Assembly: GCA_913778905.1 (NCBI GenBank)
Contig: CAJYYA010000012.1
Coordinates: 162,233-226,232 of the forward strand
DNA length: 64,000 bases
From: an uncultured Naasia sp.
Lineage (GTDB): Bacteria; Actinomycetota; Actinomycetes; Actinomycetales; Microbacteriaceae
Direction of reading: 5' to 3'
A model generated the notes under the pieces. The model did no database searches. It saw only the letters and a list, made by a program, of their open reading frames with translations, and was not told the DNA's origin. Position 1 is the first letter of the stretch. Every line of letters begins with the position of its first letter. Below are positions 56,276 through 64,000 of the stretch, piece after piece. The translations under genes were made by a program, and so were the position numbers.

Positions 56276-57262
56276 GTGACCAGACCTCGCGTGTATGTGA
56301 TTCACGACAACCCCGAATGGTTCCCGCCCCTCGAAGCCGCGTTCGATGCCGAGGGGGTTTCGGTGCAGGAGGTGCTCCTCATAGACGGCGCCATCGCCCT
56401 CGATGAGACGCCGCCCGAGGGCGTGTTCTGGTCGCGGCTCAGCGCGTCCGCTCACACGCGGGACCACGCGACGACCAAGGAGTTCACGCGCGCCTACCTG
56501 ACCTGGCTCGAGTCCTGGGGCCGCACGGTCGTCAACGGTCGTTCGGTCGTGGAGCTCGAGGTCAGCAAGGTCGCCCAGCATGCCCTCCTCCGCACCGCCG
56601 GCATCGACGTCCCGCGCACCACCGCGGTCTTCGGCCGCGACGACCTCCTCCGGGTCGCACGCACCTTCCCGACGCCGTTCATCACCAAGCACAACCAGGG
56701 CGGCAAAGGACTCGGCGTCCGCCGTTTCGACAGCTACGACGACTTCGATGCCTACGTCGGATCCGCCGCTTTCGAGGAGCCTGCGGACGGGATCACGCTC
56801 ATCCAGGAGTTCCTCACCGCCCGAGAGCCCTTCGTGACTCGCGCCGAATTCGTCGACGGCCGCTTCGTCTACGCGGTCCGCGTCGACACGAGCGCCGGCA
56901 GCTTCGAGCTGTGCCCGGCCGACGCGTGCGCTGTTCCCGGCGCCGACGGCGCAACTCCCCCGCCGCTGTTCTCCCGACGCACCGAGATCACGGCGGATCA
57001 TCCCCTCATTCAGGCCTACGAGAAGCTGCTCCGACGCGCGAACGTGCAGATCGCCGGCATCGAGTTCATCGAGACGCTCGACGGCCGCACCGTCACCTAC
57101 GACATCAACACCAACACCAACTACAACCCGGATGTCGAGGCCGAGTCCCCCGTCTCCGGTCCCGGCTCGATCGCCCGCTTCCTCGGACGCCTGCTCGACG
57201 CCGAGTACGGAGTCGCCGGCGGACCTCCAGCAGCCGGTTCGCAGACAGGAGCACTCGCGTGA
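56276..57262 (+). CDS. ATP-grasp domain protein (RimK / glutathione-synthetase-like ligase)
   Basis: SKVAQHALLRTAGIDVPRT, FITKHNQGGKGLGV and IAGIEFIE segments fit the ATP-grasp fold. The start is uncertain (GTG 56276, 56291 or 56297). Confidence 0.7.
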   Translation: MTRPRVYVIHDNPEWFPPLEAAFDAEGVSVQEVLLIDGAIALDETPPEGVFWSRLSASAHTRDHATTKEFTRAYLTWLESWGRTVVNGRSVVELEVSKVAQHALLRTAGIDVPRTTAVFGRDDLLRVARTFPTPFITKHNQGGKGLGVRRFDSYDDFDAYVGSAAFEEPADGITLIQEFLTAREPFVTRAEFVDGRFVYAVRVDTSAGSFELCPADACAVPGADGATPPPLFSRRTEITADHPLIQAYEKLLRRANVQIAGIEFIETLDGRTVTYDINTNTNYNPDVEAESPVSGPGSIARFLGRLLDAEYGVAGGPPAAGSQTGALA

Positions 57263-58281
57263 GATTCGGATACTGGACCCCCATCTTCGGCGGCTGGCTG
57301 CGCAATGTCGAGGATGAGCAGATGCCCGCCACCTTCGAATACGCCGCCGAGGCGGCACGTGTCGCCGAGGCAGGCGGCTTCGAGGTCACCCTCGTCCCGG
57401 AGCTCAATCTCAACGACATCAAGGGCGTCGCCGCACCCAGTCTCGAGGCGTGGGCCGTGGCGACCGGCCTGGCGGCCGTGACGACGAAGCTCGAGATCAT
57501 GGCCGCGGTGCGTCCCGGGTTCCACCTGCCCGCGGTCACGGCGAAGCAGGCCGAGACGATCAACGCGATCAGCAGCGGGCGTTTCACCCTCAACGTCGTC
57601 TCGGCGTGGTGGGAGGACGAGGCGAAACAGTACGGCGGCATCTTCTCGGCCCACGACGACCGCTACAAGCGCACCGAGGAGTTCGTCGCGATCCTCAAGG
57701 GATTGTGGACCGAGCCCGTCTTCGATTTCACGGGCGAGTACTACCACCTCGAAGGCAGTCACCTCGAGCCCAAGCCGACGCCCGCTCCCGTGCTCTACGC
57801 GGGAGGCGAGAGCGAGGCGGGCAAGCGCTCGATCGTCGCATTCGCCGACGCCTACCTCACGCACGGCGGCACGGTGGACGAGCTCCGAGTGAAGATCGAC
57901 GAGATGACGCGCCGCCGCGAGGATGCGGGCAAGGAGCCCTTCAGCCACTTCGGCATGGCGGCCTACGTGATCGTGCGAGACACGGAGGAGGAGGCCCAGG
58001 CCGAGCTCGACCGCATCACGAACGTCACCGAGGGTCCGGCGTACGAGTCGTACCAGCAGTTCATCAGCAAATCGCAGTTGGAGCAGAAGGTCGATCTGCG
58101 CGACTACTCGGTGTCGAACCGGGGTCTACGGCCCAACCTGGTGGGCACACCTCGGCAGGTCGCAGACCGGATCCTCGCCTTCCAGGACGCGGGCCTCGAC
58201 ACCTTGCTGATCCAGGCGTCGCCCATGGTGCCGGAGCTCGAGCGGATCGGCACGGACCTGATCCCCCTCGTCAACGGCTGA
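57259..58281 (+). CDS. LLM-class flavin-dependent oxidoreductase (SsuD/alkanesulfonate-monooxygenase-like)
   Basis: 340 aa. VRFGYWTPIFGGW, SGRFTLNVVS and YAGGES motifs. GTGA overlap with the ATP-grasp gene. Confidence 0.85.
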   Translation: MRFGYWTPIFGGWLRNVEDEQMPATFEYAAEAARVAEAGGFEVTLVPELNLNDIKGVAAPSLEAWAVATGLAAVTTKLEIMAAVRPGFHLPAVTAKQAETINAISSGRFTLNVVSAWWEDEAKQYGGIFSAHDDRYKRTEEFVAILKGLWTEPVFDFTGEYYHLEGSHLEPKPTPAPVLYAGGESEAGKRSIVAFADAYLTHGGTVDELRVKIDEMTRRREDAGKEPFSHFGMAAYVIVRDTEEEAQAELDRITNVTEGPAYESYQQFISKSQLEQKVDLRDYSVSNRGLRPNLVGTPRQVADRILAFQDAGLDTLLIQASPMVPELERIGTDLIPLVNG

Positions 58282-58301
58282 TCCGATCGGGCACGGCGTC
58301 T

Positions 58302-58362
58302 CTGCGTTTCGCTCCGCTCAACGGGCGAGGCCGCCTTGCCCATTGAGCGAAGCGAAATGAAG
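58302..58362. repeat. family B inverted pair forming a hairpin between convergent LLM gene and ssrA
   Basis: CTGCGTTTCGCTCCGCTCAACGGGCG-(10 nt)-GCCCATTGAGCGAAGCGAAATGAAG. Confidence 0.9.
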
Positions 58363-58410
58363 AGGCGCACACCCCGGAGAGCAACCCAGCAGCGCGATGG
58401 TGACCGTTTG

Positions 58411-58780
58411 TGGAGATGGGGGGAATTGAACCCCCGTCCATTGCTGTAATCCCGTGCCTTCTACGGGCGTATCTTGCGGAAGTCGTTCTACTCGGCTCCG
58501 GGGTTTGTCACAAGCGCCTACCCCGACGAGCCCAGTCGCAGTTCAAGTCCCGCGATGCCCTGAGACGCAACATCGCAGCAAGTCCCCTAGTCGACGCCAG
58601 CATCCGAACCGGGGACGCATTCGGGCTGACGGACTTCATGGCTCTGGCTTAGACAGCGAGAGCGAAGTCGGTGCGCTTGGAATTGGCACCTGTTGTTTGC
58701 AGAGATCGTTTACGAGATAACCCTGCATCCTCGGCCCGCTTCTCACGGTCATTCAGGCAATGTCGAAACCGATCATCCCC
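58411..58780 (-). ncRNA. ssrA: tmRNA (SsrA)
   Basis: Minus strand starts GGGGATGATCGGTTTCGACATTGCC and ends GGACGGGGGTTCAATTCCCCCCATCTCCA (tRNA-like T-arm and acceptor stem; the terminal CCA is not fully encoded). The tag reading frame at 58649..58687 is GCC AAT TCC AAG CGC ACC GAC TTC GCT CTC GCT GTC TAA, giving ANSKRTDFALAV. Confidence 0.95.
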
Positions 58781-58956
58781 GTACTGTCCTTCGCGTCGCC
58801 CGGAACGGGAGACGTGTGCGAAGGGGCCACCATCGCGCTGTGGAGTTGTGTGTTCCGCGCCGTCATCCGACCCGGCCCATCAGTCTACAACTCGGAATCT
58901 GTTCGATCTATGCCCGCGCCTCTTCCAGGAGGCGCATCAGCCCGGAGAATGGAAGG

Positions 58957-59361
58957 GTGACCACCGAGCAGCCCCTCCCCGCCGATCTCGCCGCCATGGC
59001 CGACGAGCAGTACATCTCGTTCACCACGTTCCGCCGCACGGGTGTCGGCGTGGCCACTCCGGTATGGGTCGCGCGAGACGGCGAGACGCTGGTGTTCACG
59101 ACCGGACTGGAGTCGGGCAAGGTCAAGCGTCTGCGAAACAACGGGGATGTCGAGATCCAGCCATGCACCCGCACTGGCGAGGTCGCGCCTGACGCGCCGA
59201 CGGTGCGGGCGCATGCTGACGTGGTTCTGGACGAGGAGGGCGTCGACGCCGGGATCGCGTCGATCGTCGAGAAGTACGGGGATCAGGCGCGCAGCTTGAT
59301 GTCGATCGGCGAGGGCCAGGGCCGGCCGAAGCGGGCGGTCGTCCGGATCACGGCTCGCTGA
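58957..59361 (+). CDS. PPOX-class (pyridoxamine 5'-phosphate oxidase-like, probably F420-dependent) protein
   Basis: The GTG at 58957 follows GGAGAATGGAAGG. LPADLAAM..YISFTTFRRTG..PVWV split-barrel N-terminus. The upstream part of ORF 58693..59361 overlaps ssrA and is rejected. Confidence 0.7.
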   Translation: MTTEQPLPADLAAMADEQYISFTTFRRTGVGVATPVWVARDGETLVFTTGLESGKVKRLRNNGDVEIQPCTRTGEVAPDAPTVRAHADVVLDEEGVDAGIASIVEKYGDQARSLMSIGEGQGRPKRAVVRITAR

Positions 59362-59380
59362 GGCTGATCGGTTCGATCAG

Positions 59381-59543
59381 GGCCTCGATACGCTTCGCTA
59401 CTCGGCCGGTCTCGATACGGCGCGCTTCGCGGCGCCTACTCGACCTCCGCGAATCCGGGCGTATCGGATGTCCGGAGGTCGAGTAGCGGTTGCGAAGCAC
59501 CGCGTACCGAGACCGGCCGAGTAGCCGACGGCGTATCGAGGCC
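59381..59543. repeat. family A intergenic repeat, palindromic variant
   Basis: GGCCTCGATACGCTTCGCTACTCGGCCGGTCTCGATACGG..CCTACTCGACCTCCG, a loop, then CCGGAGGTCGAGTAG..CGTACCGAGACCGGCCGAGTAGCCGACGGCGTATCGAGGCC. Arms are about 70 nt. Confidence 0.9.
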
Positions 59544-59568
59544 GGCCCGAGTGCCCGTCAGTGACTTG

Positions 59569-60045
59569 TCAGTCCCCGAGGTGGCGACGGGACGACATGG
59601 CGCGCTGCGCCTCGCGGGTGTCTTGACGCTCGCGGAGGGCCTGCCGCTTGTCGTACTCGCGCTTGCCCTTGGCGATCGCGATCTCGACTTTCGCGCGTCC
59701 CTCATTGAAGTAGATCTGCAGCGGGACGAGCGTGTACCCGCCGTCCTTGATGCGATGGCTGATCTTGAGGATCTGCTCCTTGTGCAGCAGCAGCTTGCGC
59801 TTGCGACGCGTGGAGTGGTTCGTCCACGATCCGCTTCCCCACTCGGGGATGTAGACCGCGTCGAGCCAGGCCTCGCCGGCGTCGATGAACGCATACCCGT
59901 CGACGAGCGACGCCCGCCCCTCACGCAGGGATTTGACCTCGGTGCCGCTCAGCACCATCCCGGCCTCGTAGGTGTCCTCGATCGTGTAGTCGTGGCGCGC
60001 CTTGCGGTTGGTCGCGACGACTCGCTGACCCTTCTCCTTGGGCAT
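59569..60045 (-). CDS. smpB: SsrA-binding protein
   Basis: ATG 60045 is preceded by GGAGG. NRKARHDY, GTEVKSLR and LLLHKxEI motifs. Confidence 0.9.
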   Translation of the reverse strand: MPKEKGQRVVATNRKARHDYTIEDTYEAGMVLSGTEVKSLREGRASLVDGYAFIDAGEAWLDAVYIPEWGSGSWTNHSTRRKRKLLLHKEQILKISHRIKDGGYTLVPLQIYFNEGRAKVEIAIAKGKREYDKRQALRERQDTREAQRAMSSRRHLGD

Positions 60046-60094
60046 GCTCCACCTCCACACTCTCGTCAGCAGCGTCCCAGTCTAGACGCCCTCT

Positions 60095-60174
60095 CCCCCG
60101 CGACTGCGGAGTGTCGTACCGACTGCAAGGCCGAAACGCCCCGCAATGGGTGCGACACTCCGCAGTCGCGGGGG
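60095..60174 (-). other. 22-bp perfect inverted repeat with 36-nt loop between ftsX and smpB
   Basis: CCCCCGCGACTGCGGAGTGTCG (60095-60116) and CGACACTCCGCAGTCGCGGGGG (60153-60174), inside the 140-nt ftsX-smpB spacer. Confidence 0.85.
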
Positions 60175-60185
60175 AAGGTGCCGCG

Positions 60186-61100
60186 CTAGACGCGGAGGTG
60201 TCTTCGGATCGACAGCTGCGCCGACACCGCGGCCAGCAGCACACCGACCACGATGAGCAGCGGCACGACGATGAAGGCGTCCTGCATGGTCACGAACGAG
60301 AAGCCGAGCTGACTCTGCGCCAAGTATCCCTGGACGACGAAGTGGACGAGCCCGACCACTACGCCTCCCGCGAGAAGCGATCCCACGAGCGACGCCAGCG
60401 CTCCTTCCAGCACGAACGGCGTCTGAATGAACCTGTTCGACGCGCCCACGAGCCGCATGATGCCGAGTTCGCGACGGCGCGAGTAGGCGGAGAGCCGGAT
60501 GGTGGTGGAGATCAACAGGCTGGCCGCCACGAGCATGACGGCCGCGATCGAGATGGCCGCAATGCTTGCAGTGTTCAGCACGGCGAAGATCTGGTCGAGC
60601 AGCCTCCGCTGGTCCGTGACGCTGTCGACGCCGGGGAGGCCGGACAGGCTCTCGGTCAGCACATCGGCCTGCGACGGGTCCTTGAGGTTGACCCAGAAAG
60701 CCTCGTTGAGGAGGTCGGGGGTCACGTAGTCGACGACGGCGTTCCCCGCGAACTGCTCCTTGAAGTTGGCGAACGCCTCGTCCTGCGTCTCGACGTAGAA
60801 GCGGTCGATGAGTGGCGCCAACGTAGGCGACTCGAGCTGCGCCTGGACCGAGGCGATCTGCTCGGGGGTGGCAGCACCCGCGGTGCACGCCTCGCTGCCG
60901 ACCGTGCCGTTGCACATGTAGACGGCGACCTGGGCCTTGTCGTACCAGAAGTTCTTCATCTGCACGATCTGCAGCTGGAGGAGGGCGGCGGCACCGACGA
61001 AGGTCAGCGAGATGAACGTCACGAGGATGACGGAGACGACCATCGAGAGGTTGCGTCGGAGTCCCTGCATGACCTCCGACCAGATGAGGGCGAATCTCAC
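60186..61100 (-). CDS. ftsX: cell-division permease-like protein FtsX
   Basis: 304 aa with the FtsX N-terminus [17 protein letters not shown], an extracellular domain and four TM helices. The GTG start overlaps the ftsE stop (GTGA). Confidence 0.9.
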   Translation of the reverse strand: MRFALIWSEVMQGLRRNLSMVVSVILVTFISLTFVGAAALLQLQIVQMKNFWYDKAQVAVYMCNGTVGSEACTAGAATPEQIASVQAQLESPTLAPLIDRFYVETQDEAFANFKEQFAGNAVVDYVTPDLLNEAFWVNLKDPSQADVLTESLSGLPGVDSVTDQRRLLDQIFAVLNTASIAAISIAAVMLVAASLLISTTIRLSAYSRRRELGIMRLVGASNRFIQTPFVLEGALASLVGSLLAGGVVVGLVHFVVQGYLAQSQLGFSFVTMQDAFIVVPLLIVVGVLLAAVSAQLSIRRHLRV

Positions 61101-62578
61101 GAGGTGGGTCCTACTTCCTGCGAGCCGGTTGATTCGGGGGACGCGCCTTCGCGGCGGAGTCCGAGGCGCACGGCGAGCGCCAGCGGGTCATCCTTGTCGT
61201 CACCCTGTACTTGGATCGGACCGGTGACGGGGCGGGCCATCTGCCCGGTGAGCATGTCGCGCAGGGGATCCTGGGCGGGCTGCGGGGTCGATTGCGTCGC
61301 AGACGGCTGGGGTTGCGATGCGGGAGCCGTCGGGGGCACCTGCGCCGCACCCTGTGCGGAGGCCGACGCGGACGCGGGCGCGGGCGCGATGGACGGTGCC
61401 TCACCGGTCGAACGACGGCCGCGCGGACGGCGGAGTTCACCGGTGTCGGCGAGGGCTGCGCGCTCGGCCGCGGCGGTGGCATCCGACATCGGCGCCGAGT
61501 GAGGCGCGGCGGGAGCGCTCTGCTCCGTGGGGGCCTGCTCGACACCGGGGCCGACGCGCGGAACGGTTCCGGTCATGGTCGGCACGGCGCCGGGGTACGC
61601 GAGCGGGCTGCCGAAGACCGGCGGCCGCTCGGCGCGCTGCTGAGTGATGGGCTGGGTGACCGGCGGCTCCTCGTAGGCCGGCGAAGGCGCTTGCGACACG
61701 GGGATCTGCGGCTCCGCGGGCACCGCCACCGGCTGCGCGACGGGAGCTTCCTGCACCAGAGAGGTGGTCTCGACGACGGGGTGCGGGCTGCTGGGAAGTT
61801 CGACGGGCGCCTCCTGCGCCAGCGCGGCGGCGAAGGCCGTGGCACCCGCGGTGGTCGAGCTGGCGGGTGCGTCCCCGCCCTGCTGGATCGGGATGGAGGT
61901 CGTGTAACCGCCCTCGACCTCATCGCGCACGATGTCACCGCCGATCAGCTCGATGACCCGGCGCTTCATCGAGTCCACGATGCCGACGTCGTGGGTCGCC
62001 ATCACGACCGTGGTGCCGCCCGCGTTGATGAGTTCGAGCACCTGCATGATGCCCGCACTCGTCGTGGGGTCGAGGTTTCCGGTGGGCTCGTCCGCGAGCA
62101 GGATGGCGGGCTTGTTGACCACGGCGCGCGCGATGGCGACACGCTGCTGCTCACCGCCCGACAGCTCGTGCGGCAGGCGCTCGGCCTTGCCGTCGAGCCC
62201 GACCATCTTGAGGACGTCGGGCACGGCTTCCTGGATGTACCCGCGTGACTTGCCGAGCACCTGGAGGGTGAAGGCCACGTTCTGGTAGACGGTACGACCG
62301 GGGAGCAGCCGGAAGTCCTGGAACACGACGCCGAGCGAGCGGCGGAAGTAGGGGATCTTGCGGTTCGAGACCGTGCTGAGCTTCTGCCCGAGCACGTGGA
62401 TCTCGCCCGACGTGGGCTTGTCCTCCTTGAGGACGAGGCGGAGGAAGCTGGACTTGCCGCTACCCGAAGCCCCGACGAGGAATACGAACTCCCCCGCCTT
62501 GATCTCGACATCGGTGCCGTTCAGGGCCGGCTTGGAGTTGCCGGGGTACATCTTGGTGACGTGCTCGAATCGAATCAT
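61097..62578 (-). CDS. ftsE: cell-division ATP-binding protein FtsE with long low-complexity C-terminal extension
   Basis: Walker [10 protein letters not shown], signature LSGGEQQR and Walker B ILLADEPT lie within the first ~225 aa. About 265 further Pro/Ala/Gln/Ser-rich residues follow in the same GC3-rich frame, ending exactly at the ftsX start. Confidence 0.85.
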   Translation of the reverse strand: MIRFEHVTKMYPGNSKPALNGTDVEIKAGEFVFLVGASGSGKSSFLRLVLKEDKPTSGEIHVLGQKLSTVSNRKIPYFRRSLGVVFQDFRLLPGRTVYQNVAFTLQVLGKSRGYIQEAVPDVLKMVGLDGKAERLPHELSGGEQQRVAIARAVVNKPAILLADEPTGNLDPTTSAGIMQVLELINAGGTTVVMATHDVGIVDSMKRRVIELIGGDIVRDEVEGGYTTSIPIQQGGDAPASSTTAGATAFAAALAQEAPVELPSSPHPVVETTSLVQEAPVAQPVAVPAEPQIPVSQAPSPAYEEPPVTQPITQQRAERPPVFGSPLAYPGAVPTMTGTVPRVGPGVEQAPTEQSAPAAPHSAPMSDATAAAERAALADTGELRRPRGRRSTGEAPSIAPAPASASASAQGAAQVPPTAPASQPQPSATQSTPQPAQDPLRDMLTGQMARPVTGPIQVQGDDKDDPLALAVRLGLRREGASPESTGSQEVGPTS

Positions 62579-62690
62579 GGCCCTTCGAGGGTAAGGACGC
62601 ATGAGGAGTTATCGCCGGAGCGACACCCGAGGACACGACTTGCTAGGGAATCCCTAAGTCGTGCCTCGCTCAGCCCCCGGGGGCCCCGAT

Positions 62691-63812
62691 TCAGTCGGTC
62701 GGCTTCTGCTTGCGCCAGCGGATACCGGCGGTGAGGAAGCCGTCGATGTCGCCGTCGAAGACGTTGCTGGGGTTGTTGACCTCGTACTCGCTGCGGAGAT
62801 CCTTGACCATCTGGTACGGCGCGAGCACGTAGGAGCGGATCTGGTCGCCCCAGCTGGCGGTGATGTTGCCGGCCAGCTCCTTCTTCTTGGCGTTCTCCTC
62901 CTCGCGCTTGAGCAGGAGCAGGCGGGACTGGAGGACGCGCATGGCCGCGGCGCGGTTCTGGATCTGGCTCTTCTCGTTCTGCATCGAGACGACCGTGCCG
63001 GTGGGGATGTGGGTCAGGCGGACGGCGGAGTCGGTGGTGTTGACCGACTGACCACCGGGGCCCGACGAGCGGAAGACATCGACCCGCAGATCGTTCTCCG
63101 CGATCTCGATCTCGTCGGTCTCCTCCATGAGCGGGATGACCTCGACCGCCGCGAAGCTCGTCTGGCGCTTGCCCGCCGCGCCGAAGGGCGACATGCGGAC
63201 AAGACGGTGCGTGCCCGCCTCGACCGAGAGGTTGCCGAACGCATAGGGAGCGTCGACCTCGAAGGTGGCCGACTTGATGCCGGCCTCTTCGGCGTAGGAC
63301 GTGTCCATGACGTTGACCGGGAACTTGTGCTGCTCGGCCCAGCGCAGATACATGCGCAGGAGCATCTCGGCGAAGTCGGCGGCGTCGACACCGCCCGCAC
63401 CGGCGCGGATGGTGATGACGGCGGGGCGCGGGTCGTATTCGCCGTTGAGCAGCGTCTGGACCTCGAGCTCACCCATGGTCTTCTGAAGACCGGCGAGCTC
63501 GTTCTCGGCTTCGCCCGCGGTCTCGGCGGCGAGCTCGTCGTCGTCCTCTTCCTTGACCATCTCGAGAAGCACCTCGAGATCGTCGAGACGCTGATCGATC
63601 TGATTGATCTTGGCGAGCTGCGCCTGCGCGTGGCTGAGCGCGCTCGTCACCTTCTGCGCCGCCGCGGGGTCGTCCCAGAGGTCGGGCGCGCCGGCCTTCT
63701 CGGAGAGCTCGGCGATCTGAGCCTGCAATGCGTCGACGTCGACGACGGTGCGGATGCTGGTGAAAGTGGACCGCAGTTCAGCGATCTGCGCGGAGTAATC
63801 AAGGTCAACCAT
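62691..63812 (-). CDS. prfB: peptide chain release factor 2
   Basis: SPF (RMSPFG) and GGQ (SGPGGQS) motifs. A single uninterrupted 373-aa ORF. Confidence 0.9.
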   Translation of the reverse strand: MVDLDYSAQIAELRSTFTSIRTVVDVDALQAQIAELSEKAGAPDLWDDPAAAQKVTSALSHAQAQLAKINQIDQRLDDLEVLLEMVKEEDDDELAAETAGEAENELAGLQKTMGELEVQTLLNGEYDPRPAVITIRAGAGGVDAADFAEMLLRMYLRWAEQHKFPVNVMDTSYAEEAGIKSATFEVDAPYAFGNLSVEAGTHRLVRMSPFGAAGKRQTSFAAVEVIPLMEETDEIEIAENDLRVDVFRSSGPGGQSVNTTDSAVRLTHIPTGTVVSMQNEKSQIQNRAAAMRVLQSRLLLLKREEENAKKKELAGNITASWGDQIRSYVLAPYQMVKDLRSEYEVNNPSNVFDGDIDGFLTAGIRWRKQKPTD

Positions 63813-63933
63813 GGCCGCCCCAGCCTAGTCGGGCGCACTGACACGGTCTCGGGAGAGCCCTCGCGAGCCCCGCATACCGCGCCGACCCGGCCGGGCGAAC
63901 CTCCGATCGGACAGGCGTATGGTCGAAAACGCC

Positions 63934-64000
63934 ATGACCGCCACCGCCACTGAGTTCCGCTGGCGCAGCATCGCACTTCCCGCCCTGTTGCCCACCCTTC
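63934..64000 (+). CDS. possible start of a membrane protein, truncated by the window end
   Basis: The ATG at 63934 opens MTATATEFRWRSIALPALLPTL with no stop before position 64000. Only 22 codons are visible. Confidence 0.3.
   Translation, partial: MTATATEFRWRSIALPALLPTL

Noticed and set aside
53191-58411. Genomic island integrated at the 3' end of the tmRNA gene
   Set aside because: The sulfur cluster lies immediately downstream of the ssrA 3' end. However, there is no integrase, no visible direct repeat of the tmRNA 3' end further along, and no obvious compositional shift. What flanks ssrA is a family B hairpin.
58693-58956. N-terminal 88 codons of ORF 58693..59361
   Set aside because: This part overlaps the tmRNA gene on the opposite strand. 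The PPOX-like domain begins at the GTG at 58957, which has its own Shine-Dalgarno sequence.
62691-63812. Programmed +1 frameshift in prfB
   Set aside because: The gene is one uninterrupted ORF from the ATG, with no in-frame early TGA or CTTTGAC-type site. Lack of the frameshift is not unusual, so nothing remarkable.

Overview
High-GC actinobacterial chromosomal segment. The mycothiol-type RsrA/SigH pair, a Kgd-type fused 2-oxoglutarate dehydrogenase, an LAxTG sorting signal and the tmRNA tag ANSKRTDFALAV point to Actinomycetota, probably Microbacteriaceae; that assignment is inference. I support 60 protein-coding genes (two partial at the window edges) and one tmRNA. I saw no rRNA, tRNA, CRISPR array, transposase, integrase or phage gene. 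Many long ORFs in the supplied track are antisense or out-of-frame GC artefacts and were not called. Much of the window is housekeeping: metY-metX, kgd, nei, sigH-rsrA, aroA-rsgA, hisN, crcB pair, prfB-ftsE-ftsX-smpB-ssrA, ung. The parts worth a second look are these. (1) Two families of structured intergenic repeats cover about 2 kb and lie only at gene boundaries: family A is a ~185-bp self-complementary unit, up to 3 tandem copies, at 5 loci; family B is a 25-30-nt unit in inverted pairs at 4 loci, one of which is a MITE-like tandem duplication. (2) A four-gene signalling cassette: NarL-type response regulator, histidine kinase, degenerate kinase-like membrane protein, paralogous response regulator. 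(3) An ApbE flavinylation module whose membrane partner is an RnfD-like domain fused to an FNR-type reductase. (4) A sulfur-salvage cluster (metQNI, a second O-acetylhomoserine sulfhydrylase paralog, two LLM monooxygenases, an ATP-grasp ligase) preceded by an unusual four-site GAATGCAGGA operator-like array. (5) FtsE with a ~265-aa low-complexity C-terminal tail. Novelty cannot be established from the sequence alone. Each claim lists the search that would decide it.
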